Shown: positions 48,364 through 57,589 of the stretch, piece after piece
Layout: each line of letters opens with the position of its first letter
Numbering within the stretch: the first letter of the stretch is position 1
Assembly (NCBI GenBank): GCA_964608585.1
Contig: CAZSOL010000002.1
Location: forward strand, 11-64,010
Length of the DNA: 64,000 bases
From: an uncultured Candidatus Saccharibacteria bacterium
GTDB lineage: Bacteria > Patescibacteriota > Minisyncoccia > Phycocordibacterales > Zambryskibacteraceae
Direction: 5' to 3'
Notes under the pieces: generated by a model
Told to the model about the DNA's origin: nothing
What the model saw: the letters and a program-made list of their open reading frames with translations, nothing else
Databases searched by the model: none
Made by a program: the position numbers and the translations under genes

Positions 48364-48600
48364 GACACGTAATTAAGCTCTTGGGTAGGTTGCGAAGAGG
48401 AGAAGCTTGTGAGTAAATGTCTATTGGACCCTGTGAGCGAAGAGCAGGTTCCAGATCGTACATCTCCAAGCAATAAGCATAAAACTTGAGGATAGTGGCA
48501 GCTCGCAAGCGAACCACCAACGTCCTTAGTAGGACGCTCAAAGCCCGCGAAGGCAATTGCTTAGAGATGTATGGGCTGGAAACTTGTGAAGAAACCCTTC

Positions 48601-48629
48601 TTGAGTCGAACCTAACCCTAGCATATAAT
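48601..48629 (+). promoter_or_regulatory. near-consensus sigma70 promoter TTGAGT-17-TATAAT giving leaderless ruvB mRNA
   Basis: -10 TATAAT ends 7 nt before ruvB ATG (48637); no SD. Confidence 0.55.
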
Positions 48630-48636
48630 AATTTCT

Positions 48637-49653
48637 ATGTCAAGAGAGAAAAGTAAAGAAGCTCCTTCCGATATAAGCTCTCTAGATACCGAACTTAGGC
48701 CAAACCGCTGGGAGGAGTACATCGGTCAGAAGGTTATAAAGGATAACCTCCGAATACTCCTCACAGCAGCAAGCGAGCGTGGTACAACACCAGAACATGT
48801 ACTCTTCTACGGTCCACCAGGTTTGGGTAAGACCACTCTTGCTCACCTCATCGCCAAAGAGACGGGTAGGCAGATCAAGGTCACCTCAGGCCCTGCAATA
48901 GAGAAGGTTGGTGACCTAGCATCCATACTCACCAACTTAGGTGCTGGAGATATCATATTTATTGATGAGATACACAGACTAAACAAAACCATAGAGGAAG
49001 TCCTCTATCCTGCTATGGAGTCGGGCACCTTAGACATCATCATTGGTAAGGGGCCCAGTGCTCGCACAATACAACTAGAGCTCCCCCCCTTTACTCTCCT
49101 TGCTGCAACAACCAGAGTGGCTATGGTCTCCTCTCCCCTTCGCTCTCGCTTCTCTGGAGGGGTACATAGATTAGAATTTTATACAGAGGAGGAGATAGAG
49201 GAGATCATCAAACGATCTGCAAAAATATTAGGCGTAGAGATGGGTAAGAACGCCGAGAAGGCTATTGCCAAAAGAGCTCGGCAAACTCCCCGCACAGCCA
49301 ACTACTTCTTAAAGCGTGCTCGCGACTTCGCTCAAGTACATAAGAAGAGTTTGGACGATGGTGTGGTTGATGAGGCTTTGAAGCTGTTAGGAGTAGACGA
49401 GGTGGGACTGACCCCTTCGGACAGAAAACTTCTAGAAACCTTAGCAGACAAATTCGGCGGTGGACCGGTGGGTCTTGGTACCTTAGCCGCTGCTCTCTCA
49501 GAAGAAGAAGCAACTATAGAGGAGTTCAACGAACCTTACCTCATACAACTGGGCCTTATTGAGCGCACCACTCGTGGCAGAGTGCTTACAGAAAACGGCT
49601 ACAAGCACTTAGGCAAGCCTCTGCCAAAAAATTTACAAAAGAAACTCTTATAA
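48637..49653 (+). CDS. ruvB: Holliday junction helicase RuvB
   Basis: AAA+ Walker A GPPGLGKTTLA, RuvB sensor and wHTH. Confidence 0.95.
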   Translation: MSREKSKEAPSDISSLDTELRPNRWEEYIGQKVIKDNLRILLTAASERGTTPEHVLFYGPPGLGKTTLAHLIAKETGRQIKVTSGPAIEKVGDLASILTNLGAGDIIFIDEIHRLNKTIEEVLYPAMESGTLDIIIGKGPSARTIQLELPPFTLLAATTRVAMVSSPLRSRFSGGVHRLEFYTEEEIEEIIKRSAKILGVEMGKNAEKAIAKRARQTPRTANYFLKRARDFAQVHKKSLDDGVVDEALKLLGVDEVGLTPSDRKLLETLADKFGGGPVGLGTLAAALSEEEATIEEFNEPYLIQLGLIERTTRGRVLTENGYKHLGKPLPKNLQKKLL

Positions 49654-49654
49654 A

Positions 49655-50185
49655 ATGGCAGGACATAACAAGTGGAGTAAAATCAAAAGACAAAAGGAAA
49701 AGACAGATGCGCAAAAGTCTAAGATCTTTTCCAAATTTGCCAAAGCCATCTCCACCGCCTCTCGCGAGGCTAAGGGAGACACAAACTCCCCCACTCTCCG
49801 TGCAGCCATAGAGAAGGCGCAGGAGTTCAATATGCCAAGAGAAAACATAGAACGTGCAGTGAAGAAAGGTGTTGGTGGCGAAGGTGAGCAATTAGAGACT
49901 ATTACATACGAGGCTTACGGCCCAGGAGGAAGTGCTTTGATAATAGATGCATTAACTAGCAACAGAAACAAGGCAGCTCAAGAGATAAAGTTCATTTTGT
50001 CGCAGTTTGGAATAGAGTTAGCTCAACCGGGTTCTGCTTCTTGGGCTTTCAAAAGAGAGGGTGGTGAGTGGGTACCCAACGTCCAAGTACCAATAAGTGA
50101 AGAGGGTGTGCAAACTCTTGAAAGCTTGATAGAAAAGCTTGAAGAAAATGATGAAGTCCAAGACGTATACACCAATGCCGAGTAG
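49655..50185 (+). CDS. yebC: YebC/PmpR-family transcriptional regulator (short)
   Basis: MAGHNKWSKIKRQK N-terminus characteristic of YebC family. Confidence 0.85.
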   Translation: MAGHNKWSKIKRQKEKTDAQKSKIFSKFAKAISTASREAKGDTNSPTLRAAIEKAQEFNMPRENIERAVKKGVGGEGEQLETITYEAYGPGGSALIIDALTSNRNKAAQEIKFILSQFGIELAQPGSASWAFKREGGEWVPNVQVPISEEGVQTLESLIEKLEENDEVQDVYTNAE

Positions 50186-50657
50186 AGTAATAGGTATAGA
50201 CCCTGGGTTTGATAGATGTGGTGTCGCAATCCTTGAGAAGTTGGCAAACAAAGAGACTCTCCTCTATTCAACCTGTATAAACACTAGTAGGCAGGACTCT
50301 CACGAGATTAGGCTGAACATGATAGGCACAAGCCTGAGAAAGGTTCTTGAAGAGTGGCAACCAGAATCAATGGCAATAGAGAAACTCTTCTTCAACATAA
50401 ACCAAAAGACGGCTATTAAGGTGGCTGAGGCTAGAGGAGTTATTATGCACGAAGCCTCGCTAAAAGGCCTTCCCGTGACAGAGTACAGCCCCCAAGCGAT
50501 AAAGATCGCGGTAACAGGCTATGGCAAGGCCACCAAGCCTCAGGTTGAAGCTATGGTGACAAGAATATTAGGTTTAGATAAGAGGAAGATGTTGGACGAC
50601 GAGATGGATGCTATAGCTGTGTGCATAACCCACCTTGCCTCGACAAGAGCCAGATGA
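50139..50657 (+). CDS. ruvC: Holliday junction resolvase RuvC (true start possibly 50175)
   Basis: RVIGIDPGFDRCGVAIL catalytic Asp motif; RNase H-like fold. Confidence 0.85.
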   Translation: MKKMMKSKTYTPMPSRVIGIDPGFDRCGVAILEKLANKETLLYSTCINTSRQDSHEIRLNMIGTSLRKVLEEWQPESMAIEKLFFNINQKTAIKVAEARGVIMHEASLKGLPVTEYSPQAIKIAVTGYGKATKPQVEAMVTRILGLDKRKMLDDEMDAIAVCITHLASTRAR

Positions 50658-50709
50658 TACAAATAACGCTGTCCCAGTATATTGGGCAAGTTAAAAACTT
50701 TAAATAACC

Positions 50710-50901
50710 ATGGACGACAACTCAACAGACGATTTAAACCCTATAGATCCTGACGATCTTGAAGAGATTGATGAGGATGAGGTGGGCGTGCCCAATCCAT
50801 CCCCTCTAAGCGAAGAGGATGATCACGAAAGTCTAGATGCTCTAGCAGACGAAGAGGAGGAAGAGATGGATTACGACGACGATGAGATGGACCAGATGTA
50901 A
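50710..50901 (+). CDS. hypothetical highly acidic small protein (63 aa, about 50% D/E)
   Basis: ORF with purine-rich codons; terminator-like hairpin 50929-50969 downstream. Confidence 0.4.
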   Translation: MDDNSTDDLNPIDPDDLEEIDEDEVGVPNPSPLSEEDDHESLDALADEEEEEMDYDDDEMDQM

Positions 50902-50903
50902 GT

Positions 50904-52028
50904 CTAGTCACGAACAATTTTAAGGAAGCGGTGTTTGCCAATACGGTAGACACCGTTTTCTTTTTCCTCTATTGCTCCTGCTTTTTCCAAACGATTGAAC
51001 TCGGTCTTAGAAGACACTAGGTTGTGCTTTAGTAGAATATCTACCAACTTATCATCTTTACTTGCAGACACTGTTGGTATATCACTTGGAACCTCATTTT
51101 TAGAAAACTTCTTCTCAAAGTCTTCTTGTGCTGTCTTGGCCCCCTTCTCCCCGTGATACATTGAGACGATCTCGTAAGCTAGTCTCATTTTGGCCTCCTT
51201 AGGATGACCTTGCATTATCGTCTCTATCTCATCTAGTGGTACTCTTGTAGTAAGCTCAAAATACTTTGGGACAAACTCATCTTTTAGAGACATTATTTTG
51301 CCATACATATCGTCGGCTTTGTCTAAAATGTTTACAACGTTACCCCAAGAAGAACTCATCTTCCTGCCATCAAGTCCTTCAATTATCTCTGTCATCAAAA
51401 TGTCTTGTGGTTCTTGCTTATAAAGCGGTTGGATCCTGCGTCCAGTAAGAAGATTGAACCTTTGATCTGTGCCTCCAAGCTCAACATCTGCTCTAACTGC
51501 TACCGAGTCATAACCTTGCATTAGTGGATACAGAAGTTCGTGGAATGAGACCCTCTGCCCAGCTTCTAACCTCTTTGCAATATTTTCTCTAGAAGAGAAC
51601 TCGTTGAGACCAAACAGATTTGCCATCTGAGCTAAGTCCTTAAAACCTATTTTGTATAACCACTCTGAGTTGTGATGTGTCTCTGTCTTATCCTTATCAA
51701 GAATTTTGAAAACTTGATCAAAATAGGTCTTCATATTGCTTTCTACTTGTTCCTCCGTGAGCATTGGTCTTTCAGATTCCTTGTCCGACGTATCTCCAAC
51801 AACTCCAGTAGCATCCCCAATTATAAAAACTGCTGTATGGCCTAAATTTTGAAAATCTCTCAACTTCCAAAGCAAAACCGCTCTGCCTATATGAATATTG
51901 GGGCTTGTTGGATCAATTCCCAGCTTTACCCTCAGCTTTTTTCCAGATTTTAGTTTTTCCTCCAGATGCTTCTTATCTATAACCTCTGAAACCCCTCGGG
52001 TTAAAAGCTCTTCTATCTCTTTATCCAT
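50904..52028 (-). CDS. tyrS: tyrosyl-tRNA synthetase
   Basis: G.DPTSPNIHIGRAV (HIGH-like), AVFIIGDATGVVGD, KMSSS (KMSKS variant). Confidence 0.85.
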   Translation of the reverse strand: MDKEIEELLTRGVSEVIDKKHLEEKLKSGKKLRVKLGIDPTSPNIHIGRAVLLWKLRDFQNLGHTAVFIIGDATGVVGDTSDKESERPMLTEEQVESNMKTYFDQVFKILDKDKTETHHNSEWLYKIGFKDLAQMANLFGLNEFSSRENIAKRLEAGQRVSFHELLYPLMQGYDSVAVRADVELGGTDQRFNLLTGRRIQPLYKQEPQDILMTEIIEGLDGRKMSSSWGNVVNILDKADDMYGKIMSLKDEFVPKYFELTTRVPLDEIETIMQGHPKEAKMRLAYEIVSMYHGEKGAKTAQEDFEKKFSKNEVPSDIPTVSASKDDKLVDILLKHNLVSSKTEFNRLEKAGAIEEKENGVYRIGKHRFLKIVRD

Positions 52029-52058
52029 ATGAGTAATCTAACATGTTAAGATGTTTTT

Positions 52059-54155
52059 ATGAATCCCGCTAAAAGGGCTTGGATTAAGACTCACAGGAAG
52101 AATATCCTGTCTTTGATCGTATCGGCCGTCTTGTTGATTATTGGTATTGGACTCTTGTGGGTAGCCAGCCTCAAAATACCAGATCTGTCAGATCTTGAAA
52201 CCAGAAGAGTGGTGGAATCAACCAAAATATATGACCGCACCGGAGAAGTGCTCCTCTACGATATGGGTCAGAACTTGAGACGAACCATTATCCCCTTCAA
52301 GGAAATCTCTGATTATGTGAAGAAGGCTGTGGTTGCTGTGGAAGACAAAGGGTTCTACTCTCATGGAGGCTTTGATATGGAGGCCATAATGAGGGCTATC
52401 TGGGTAGACATAAAGACTCTGTCTCTCTCTCAAGGAGGCTCTACAATAACCCAACAAGTGGTCAAAAACTCTATCCTAACGACAGACAAGACCCCGACCA
52501 GAAAGTTGAAGGAGATCATCCTTGCAATAAAGCTTGATGGAGCTCTAACCAAAGAGCAGATACTGAACATTTATCTAAACGAGATACCCTTCGGGGGTAA
52601 TCTATATGGGGTTGAGGAAGCTTCTCAAAACTTCTTTAGGAAAAAAGCTAAAGACCTAACCTTGGCAGAGTCAGCTTATCTGGCCGCGATTATAAACCGA
52701 CCAACACGATACTCCCCTTATGGCACACATAGAGATGAGTTAGAGAATAGGAAAAACTTTGTCCTAAGTGAGATGCTAAAACAATCTCTTATAAACACCG
52801 AGGAGTACGAAACGGCTTTGAAGGAGGTTGTCGCCTTCAGCCCCAGAGAGAACATCGGTGGGATAAGAGCTCCTCACTTTGTTTTCTATGTCATAGACAT
52901 ACTTAGAGACACTTATGGTGAAGATACCATTCAAAGTGGTGGTCTTAGGGTTATAACCACTCTTGACTATGATATACAAAAAGAAGCAGAAGTTGTTGCA
53001 AAAAAGTACGGTGAGATAAACCAGGAGCAATTCAACGCTGACAACAACGCCACTGTTGTTATAAACCCAAAAACTGGAGACATCTTAGCTATGACTGGAT
53101 CCAGAGACTACTTTGACGAAGATATAGGTGGTAACTTTAACGCAGCGATAGCTCGTAGACAGCCGGGCTCAACCTTTAAACCTCTTGTCTACTCTGTCTT
53201 GTTCAACAAGGGTTATACGCCAGATACAATCCTTTGGGATGTACCAACCCAATTTTCTCCAAACTGTGACTGGGATAAGCTTGAGAGTGACGACATTTGC
53301 TACTCTCCAGTCAACTACGACGACCTCTTCCGAGGCCCTATGAAGATAAGAGACGCTTTGGCCCAATCAATAAACGTCCCCGCAGTTAAGGCTCTATATC
53401 TTGCTGGAATAAGAAACTCTCTTGATCTGGCCGAATCATTTGGCATCACAAGTCTTAAGGATGAAAGTCGCTTTGGTCTATCTCTTGTCCTTGGAGGTGG
53501 TGAAGTATCTCTTCTGGAACTTGTATCTGCATACAGCGTGTTTGCCAATGATGGAACACGAAACCCTCACAACGCATTGATTAGGGTTTACGACTCTAGA
53601 GACAAAATTTTGGAAGAGCACACCCCATCACCAAGAAGAGTTTTGCCAGAAGATACATCAAGGAAAATATCCAGCATCCTTTCTGATAACGTAGCAAGAA
53701 CCCCAGCTTATGGACCAAACTCTATCTTGTATTTTGCAGATAGGCCTGTAGCAGTAAAGACAGGTACAACCAACGACTTCAAAGATGCTTGGATTGTTGG
53801 CTTTACCCCCAACGTCGTTGTAGGGGCTTGGGTTGGCAACAACGAAAACATTCCAATGGAAAAGAGAGTGGCTGGCTTCATCGTTGCTCCAATGTGGAGA
53901 GAGCTTATGAATGCGGTTCTCCCAGACCTACCTGTTGAAAACTTCGGAGAGCCATCAATCACAGATCCAGACTTAAAACCTGTTCTACGAGGAGAGTGGC
54001 AAAGCGGAGAAGCCCATTCCATCCTTCATTTTGTGGACAAAGACAATCCCTTAGGCCCATCACCAATTAACCCAAACCTTGACCCACAATACCAAAACTG
54101 GGAGAAAGCTATTGAAGCCTTCTTATCTTCTAGTAGACCAGTTTCGTCAAATTAA
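52059..54155 (+). CDS. class A penicillin-binding protein (glycosyltransferase + transpeptidase), PBP1A-like
   Basis: N-terminal TM, GT51 motifs (EDKGFYSHGG), transpeptidase STFKP, SxN, KTGT. Confidence 0.9.
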   Translation: MNPAKRAWIKTHRKNILSLIVSAVLLIIGIGLLWVASLKIPDLSDLETRRVVESTKIYDRTGEVLLYDMGQNLRRTIIPFKEISDYVKKAVVAVEDKGFYSHGGFDMEAIMRAIWVDIKTLSLSQGGSTITQQVVKNSILTTDKTPTRKLKEIILAIKLDGALTKEQILNIYLNEIPFGGNLYGVEEASQNFFRKKAKDLTLAESAYLAAIINRPTRYSPYGTHRDELENRKNFVLSEMLKQSLINTEEYETALKEVVAFSPRENIGGIRAPHFVFYVIDILRDTYGEDTIQSGGLRVITTLDYDIQKEAEVVAKKYGEINQEQFNADNNATVVINPKTGDILAMTGSRDYFDEDIGGNFNAAIARRQPGSTFKPLVYSVLFNKGYTPDTILWDVPTQFSPNCDWDKLESDDICYSPVNYDDLFRGPMKIRDALAQSINVPAVKALYLAGIRNSLDLAESFGITSLKDESRFGLSLVLGGGEVSLLELVSAYSVFANDGTRNPHNALIRVYDSRDKILEEHTPSPRRVLPEDTSRKISSILSDNVARTPAYGPNSILYFADRPVAVKTGTTNDFKDAWIVGFTPNVVVGAWVGNNENIPMEKRVAGFIVAPMWRELMNAVLPDLPVENFGEPSITDPDLKPVLRGEWQSGEAHSILHFVDKDNPLGPSPINPNLDPQYQNWEKAIEAFLSSSRPVSSN

Positions 54156-54387
54156 GCTTTGTTCTAGATCTAACCAACTCCAAAATCTGATCTTCTTTGA
54201 GTTTTAGCTCGTTTCTTTTTGCTGGAGAGGTCTTTATCTTCAGACTATTGCCTTGTATTGATACATCCTCAGCAAAAACATCAAAACCAGCAACCTCCTT
54301 AACGCTATTACAAACACTTTCTCTGATAGCCCGGTCCCCACCCAAAGACCTCCTTAACCTCTCTAGAAGCCCGTTTAAAGCATCCAT
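54130..54387 (-). CDS. small protein downstream of dnaN (DUF721-like)
   Basis: 85-aa ORF directly following dnaN. Confidence 0.3.
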   Translation of the reverse strand: MDALNGLLERLRRSLGGDRAIRESVCNSVKEVAGFDVFAEDVSIQGNSLKIKTSPAKRNELKLKEDQILELVRSRTKLNLTKLVY

Positions 54388-55487
54388 TACCGGTTCATGG
54401 GCATTAGTAGATATCTAAAACTTTTGTCCCCTACACCCTCTACCATTATCGGCTTGCCCTCCCCAGCAAAATGAAGTTGTAAGCTATCCACCGAAATGGA
54501 AGCAAAACCGTCTGTAAGGTAACGATGATTAACACTTATTGATATATCCTTACCTTCAAGAGAAGCTTCTATATTGTCTTTGTTCTCACCAACATCTTGA
54601 TTTTTAGACTCTATCTCAAATTTTTTATTTTTTGGAGAAAGAGTCAGTCTAAGTTGGTTAAAATTGTCTGAGAATATGAGTGAGGTCTTCAAAGAAGAGA
54701 GGAGATCTTGTTTCAACACAATAGCACTGGAAGCGATGTCTTTAGGAATAATTTGTTTGTAGTCTGGAAACACACCATCTATTGTGCGAGAGGTTAAGTA
54801 TATAGACCCGCCTCTCATAGCCATTTGATTATCTTCAATGGTTATAGACACATCTTCTTCTATACCATCAAAGATTCTTATTATTTCCAGAACATTCTTT
54901 TGTGGTAAGAGTATTTGGGTAAAGTTTGGTATCTTTTTTACCTTTATTTTTTTCTCAGCGAGCCTGAAGGAGTCTGTAGCAACAAAAACAAGACTTTCCC
55001 CTTCATGGATTAAACAAACAGATGAGAGTTCTGGTTTAATACTCCCAACCGCAGCTGCATAAAACACGGATTTGAGACCTAAAACAAGATCCTTAGACGG
55101 TATAGAGAAGTTACTCCCACCACCCATCTCAGGGATAACAGGAAACTCCTCTGGAGGTAGGGTTTTTAGGGTTGAGTGTGTTGTTGGGGTTTCTATAACA
55201 AGAGTTTGGTTGTCTTGGGTTAGGGTTACATTATTTCCTTTTGATAAAGAGTTTATGAGAGAAGAGAAGATGTGTGCCGGAACAACAACATGACCTTCTT
55301 TTAGAACTTTAACGGGTAGATGGATTGATATTCCTAAATCTAAGTTTGTTGCCCTAATAGTTAAGATTCCTCCAAGAGCCTCTAAAGAGATCCCTGCTAA
55401 AACTGGTAGGGTTACATTTTTACCAGAGACCTTCTCGGCTCTACTCACAGCCTCCACAAGTTTTTCTCTAGTTGATTCTATTTTCAT
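54387..55487 (-). CDS. dnaN: DNA polymerase III beta sliding clamp
   Basis: Three-domain clamp pattern; downstream of dnaA. Confidence 0.9.
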   Translation of the reverse strand: MKIESTREKLVEAVSRAEKVSGKNVTLPVLAGISLEALGGILTIRATNLDLGISIHLPVKVLKEGHVVVPAHIFSSLINSLSKGNNVTLTQDNQTLVIETPTTHSTLKTLPPEEFPVIPEMGGGSNFSIPSKDLVLGLKSVFYAAAVGSIKPELSSVCLIHEGESLVFVATDSFRLAEKKIKVKKIPNFTQILLPQKNVLEIIRIFDGIEEDVSITIEDNQMAMRGGSIYLTSRTIDGVFPDYKQIIPKDIASSAIVLKQDLLSSLKTSLIFSDNFNQLRLTLSPKNKKFEIESKNQDVGENKDNIEASLEGKDISISVNHRYLTDGFASISVDSLQLHFAGEGKPIMVEGVGDKSFRYLLMPMNR

Positions 55488-55691
55488 ATTTAAATACTTG
55501 TTAATACTATTAGTCTTGTGGATATGTGGAAAAACTTTTTAAGATAGATAGAGATTAGTGTTTTTATTTTTTTAAAAAAGTGGAGTGGTGGATAACTTCT
55601 AAAAACCGATATTAACTTTTTAACCCCCCTACTTGTTTCTTGGTTTTTTAAAGACATTTTTGTTTGGTTTTGAACATTTTGTACACAACTA
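55488..55691. promoter_or_regulatory. candidate oriC segment (DnaA boxes + AT-rich unwinding element) in dnaN-dnaA spacer
   Basis: TGTGGATAT (55516-55524), TGTGGAAAA (55525-55533), GGTGGATAA (55587-55595) matching TGTGNATAA; tttttatttttttaaaaaag AT tract. Confidence 0.6.
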
Positions 55692-57035
55692 TTAAACAGA
55701 TAATAAGTTTCTTATTTGAGAAAGTTCTTGTTCTAGTGTTTGGTCGTTCTTTAGATCTGTCTTTATTTTCTCACAAGAGTGGATGACTGTGGTATGGTCT
55801 CTACCTCCAAGTTTATCCCCTATTGAAGGGTATGAGATGTTGAAATCCTCTCTCAAAATGTACATTATCATTTGGCGAGGTTTTATTATCTCCTTCCGGC
55901 GAGTCTTCTCGTATATACTCTCCTCCTCTATAGAATAAAAGTCTGAGATTATCTTAACAATGTCCTTTACCGCCACAGCTTTCTTGGGTTTCTGACTGTT
56001 CTTTATCAGGCTCTTTACATCAGCCACCGTCACCTCCCTACCTTTGAGTTGGGAATGAATTATTAGGGTGTTTAGGGCTCCCTCAAGATCCCTAATGTTG
56101 CCTGCCACAGCCTTTGATAAGTAATCTATTACCTCTGGGGTTAGAGACATGCCTTGTAGTCGTGCCTTAGCGCTCAATATAGCTATCCTAGACTCGTGGT
56201 CCGGCTGGGGTATGTCTATTATCATTCCTGCAGACATCCTGCTTTTTAGGCGGTCTTCAAGCCCCTGTATGAAGTGTGGATGTTTGTCGGAGGAGAAGAT
56301 AACCTGTTTGTTGTTGTCATAAAGGGTGTTAAAGAGATGGAAGAGCTCTTCTTGGAATTTCTGCTTCTCGGAGAAAAACTGGATATCGTCCATGATAAGT
56401 ACATCGTATTTTCTGTATTTCTCCTTAAATACAGCCATTTTTTGGGTTTGGAGGGCATTCATACAGTCTTGGCCAAACTTTTCAGATGTCATATAGAAGA
56501 CCCTCTTACCTGGAGAAACCGTCTTTATATGGTTGCCTATAGCCTGTATAAGGTGGGTTTTGCCGTGGCCGGTTGAGCCGTAGATAAAGAGAGGGTTATA
56601 CATAAGCCCTGGGGATTTGATAACCGCCTGAGCGGCTGCATGGGCCAACTCATTAAAAGGGCCAATAATAAAGGTTTCAAAGGTGTAGCGAGGGTTTAGG
56701 TTGTCTTCTTTATTGACCAAGGACTCTGGCAAAGGCAGGCTGGCCGTACCACCCATGGTTATAGGCTTATCCTCCCTTCTTTTAGGCTCATCACGGTTTA
56801 TAACGTATTCTACAGCGTGTATGGTGTGGTCTCGGTCCCTAAGGAGTTTTAGGACGGTAGCATGGTATCTGGATTGGAACATATCTCTAGCGAAGGCATT
56901 TGGCACAGACAGAATAATGGTGTTTTCGTCTCTTTTGACGATATGAGTGTCTTTAAACCAAGTGCTAAAGGCAGGCTTAGAAATGGTCAATTCTATCTCA
57001 GCTAGTATTGATTCCCAGAGTTGTTTTGGATCCAT
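55692..57035 (-). CDS. dnaA: chromosomal replication initiator DnaA (start at MDPKQLW; ORF track extends to TTG at 57077)
   Basis: AAA+ GSTGHGKTHL, Walker B, C-terminal DnaA-box binding domain. Confidence 0.93.
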   Translation of the reverse strand: MDPKQLWESILAEIELTISKPAFSTWFKDTHIVKRDENTIILSVPNAFARDMFQSRYHATVLKLLRDRDHTIHAVEYVINRDEPKRREDKPITMGGTASLPLPESLVNKEDNLNPRYTFETFIIGPFNELAHAAAQAVIKSPGLMYNPLFIYGSTGHGKTHLIQAIGNHIKTVSPGKRVFYMTSEKFGQDCMNALQTQKMAVFKEKYRKYDVLIMDDIQFFSEKQKFQEELFHLFNTLYDNNKQVIFSSDKHPHFIQGLEDRLKSRMSAGMIIDIPQPDHESRIAILSAKARLQGMSLTPEVIDYLSKAVAGNIRDLEGALNTLIIHSQLKGREVTVADVKSLIKNSQKPKKAVAVKDIVKIISDFYSIEEESIYEKTRRKEIIKPRQMIMYILREDFNISYPSIGDKLGGRDHTTVIHSCEKIKTDLKNDQTLEQELSQIRNLLSV

Positions 57036-57087
57036 AAAGAGTGTCCGAACGATATGTAGTATATATGTTCGGACCAAGACTCCAAAC

Positions 57088-57116
57088 TTGTAATATGGCC
57101 AAAAAATGTTTATAAT
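57088..57116 (+). promoter_or_regulatory. rpmH promoter TTGTAA-17-TATAAT
   Basis: Hexamers at 57088-57093 and 57111-57116, 24 nt upstream of rpmH ATG. Confidence 0.5.
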
Positions 57117-57140
57117 GTGTTTATAAGTTGTTAACTAGAA

Positions 57141-57275
57141 ATGTCTACAACATACCAACCCAAGAAGCGCAAGAGAGCTAGAGCCCACGGCTTTAGGAAG
57201 AGAGCCAAAACCACTGGTGGTCGTCGCACCGTGAAGAGCCGTCGTCGCAAGGGTCGCAAACGACTGACTGTATAA
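57141..57275 (+). CDS. rpmH: 50S ribosomal protein L34 (44 aa; below ORF-track cutoff)
   Basis: Manual translation [44 protein letters not shown]; canonical position upstream of rnpA. Confidence 0.9.
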   Translation: MSTTYQPKKRKRARAHGFRKRAKTTGGRRTVKSRRRKGRKRLTV

Positions 57276-57589
57276 TGCTTTCTAGTCAGAACCGAATACC
57301 TAGGAAAGATTTTGGGGACATACTGTCTTCTCGTCAGACCTCAAGTACTAAAAACTTTTTACTAAGATTTGCTCAAAACAAAGATAAGAGGTTTGCTGTA
57401 TCTGTATCCAAAAAAGTCTCAAAGAGTGCTGTTGCAAGAAACACATTAAGAAGAAGAACCTACGCTGTCCTGAGAGATCTTCTGCCAAAATTAGGAAATG
57501 GTTTATATTTAATAAGTGCTAAGCCGAGTGCTAAGGACCTTCGTGGCGATAGATTAAAAAATGAAATAACTGAGTTATTATTATCCTGA
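57275..57589 (+). CDS. rnpA: ribonuclease P protein component
   Basis: Basic protein overlapping rpmH stop (TAATG); RnpA pattern. Confidence 0.8.
   Translation: MLSSQNRIPRKDFGDILSSRQTSSTKNFLLRFAQNKDKRFAVSVSKKVSKSAVARNTLRRRTYAVLRDLLPKLGNGLYLISAKPSAKDLRGDRLKNEITELLLS

Noticed and set aside
48364-48600. RNase P RNA / SRP RNA / tmRNA identity for the long spacer upstream of ruvB
   Set aside because: None of the universally conserved motifs (GGAAAGTCCGG/ACAGAACCCGGCTTA; GGAA tetraloop domain IV; tRNA-like 3' end) are present; kept only as an unspecified ncRNA candidate.
57036-57077. DnaA N-terminal extension from TTG at 57077
   Set aside because: DnaA homology begins at MDPKQLWESIL (ATG 57035); the extension would run through the operator-like inverted repeat.
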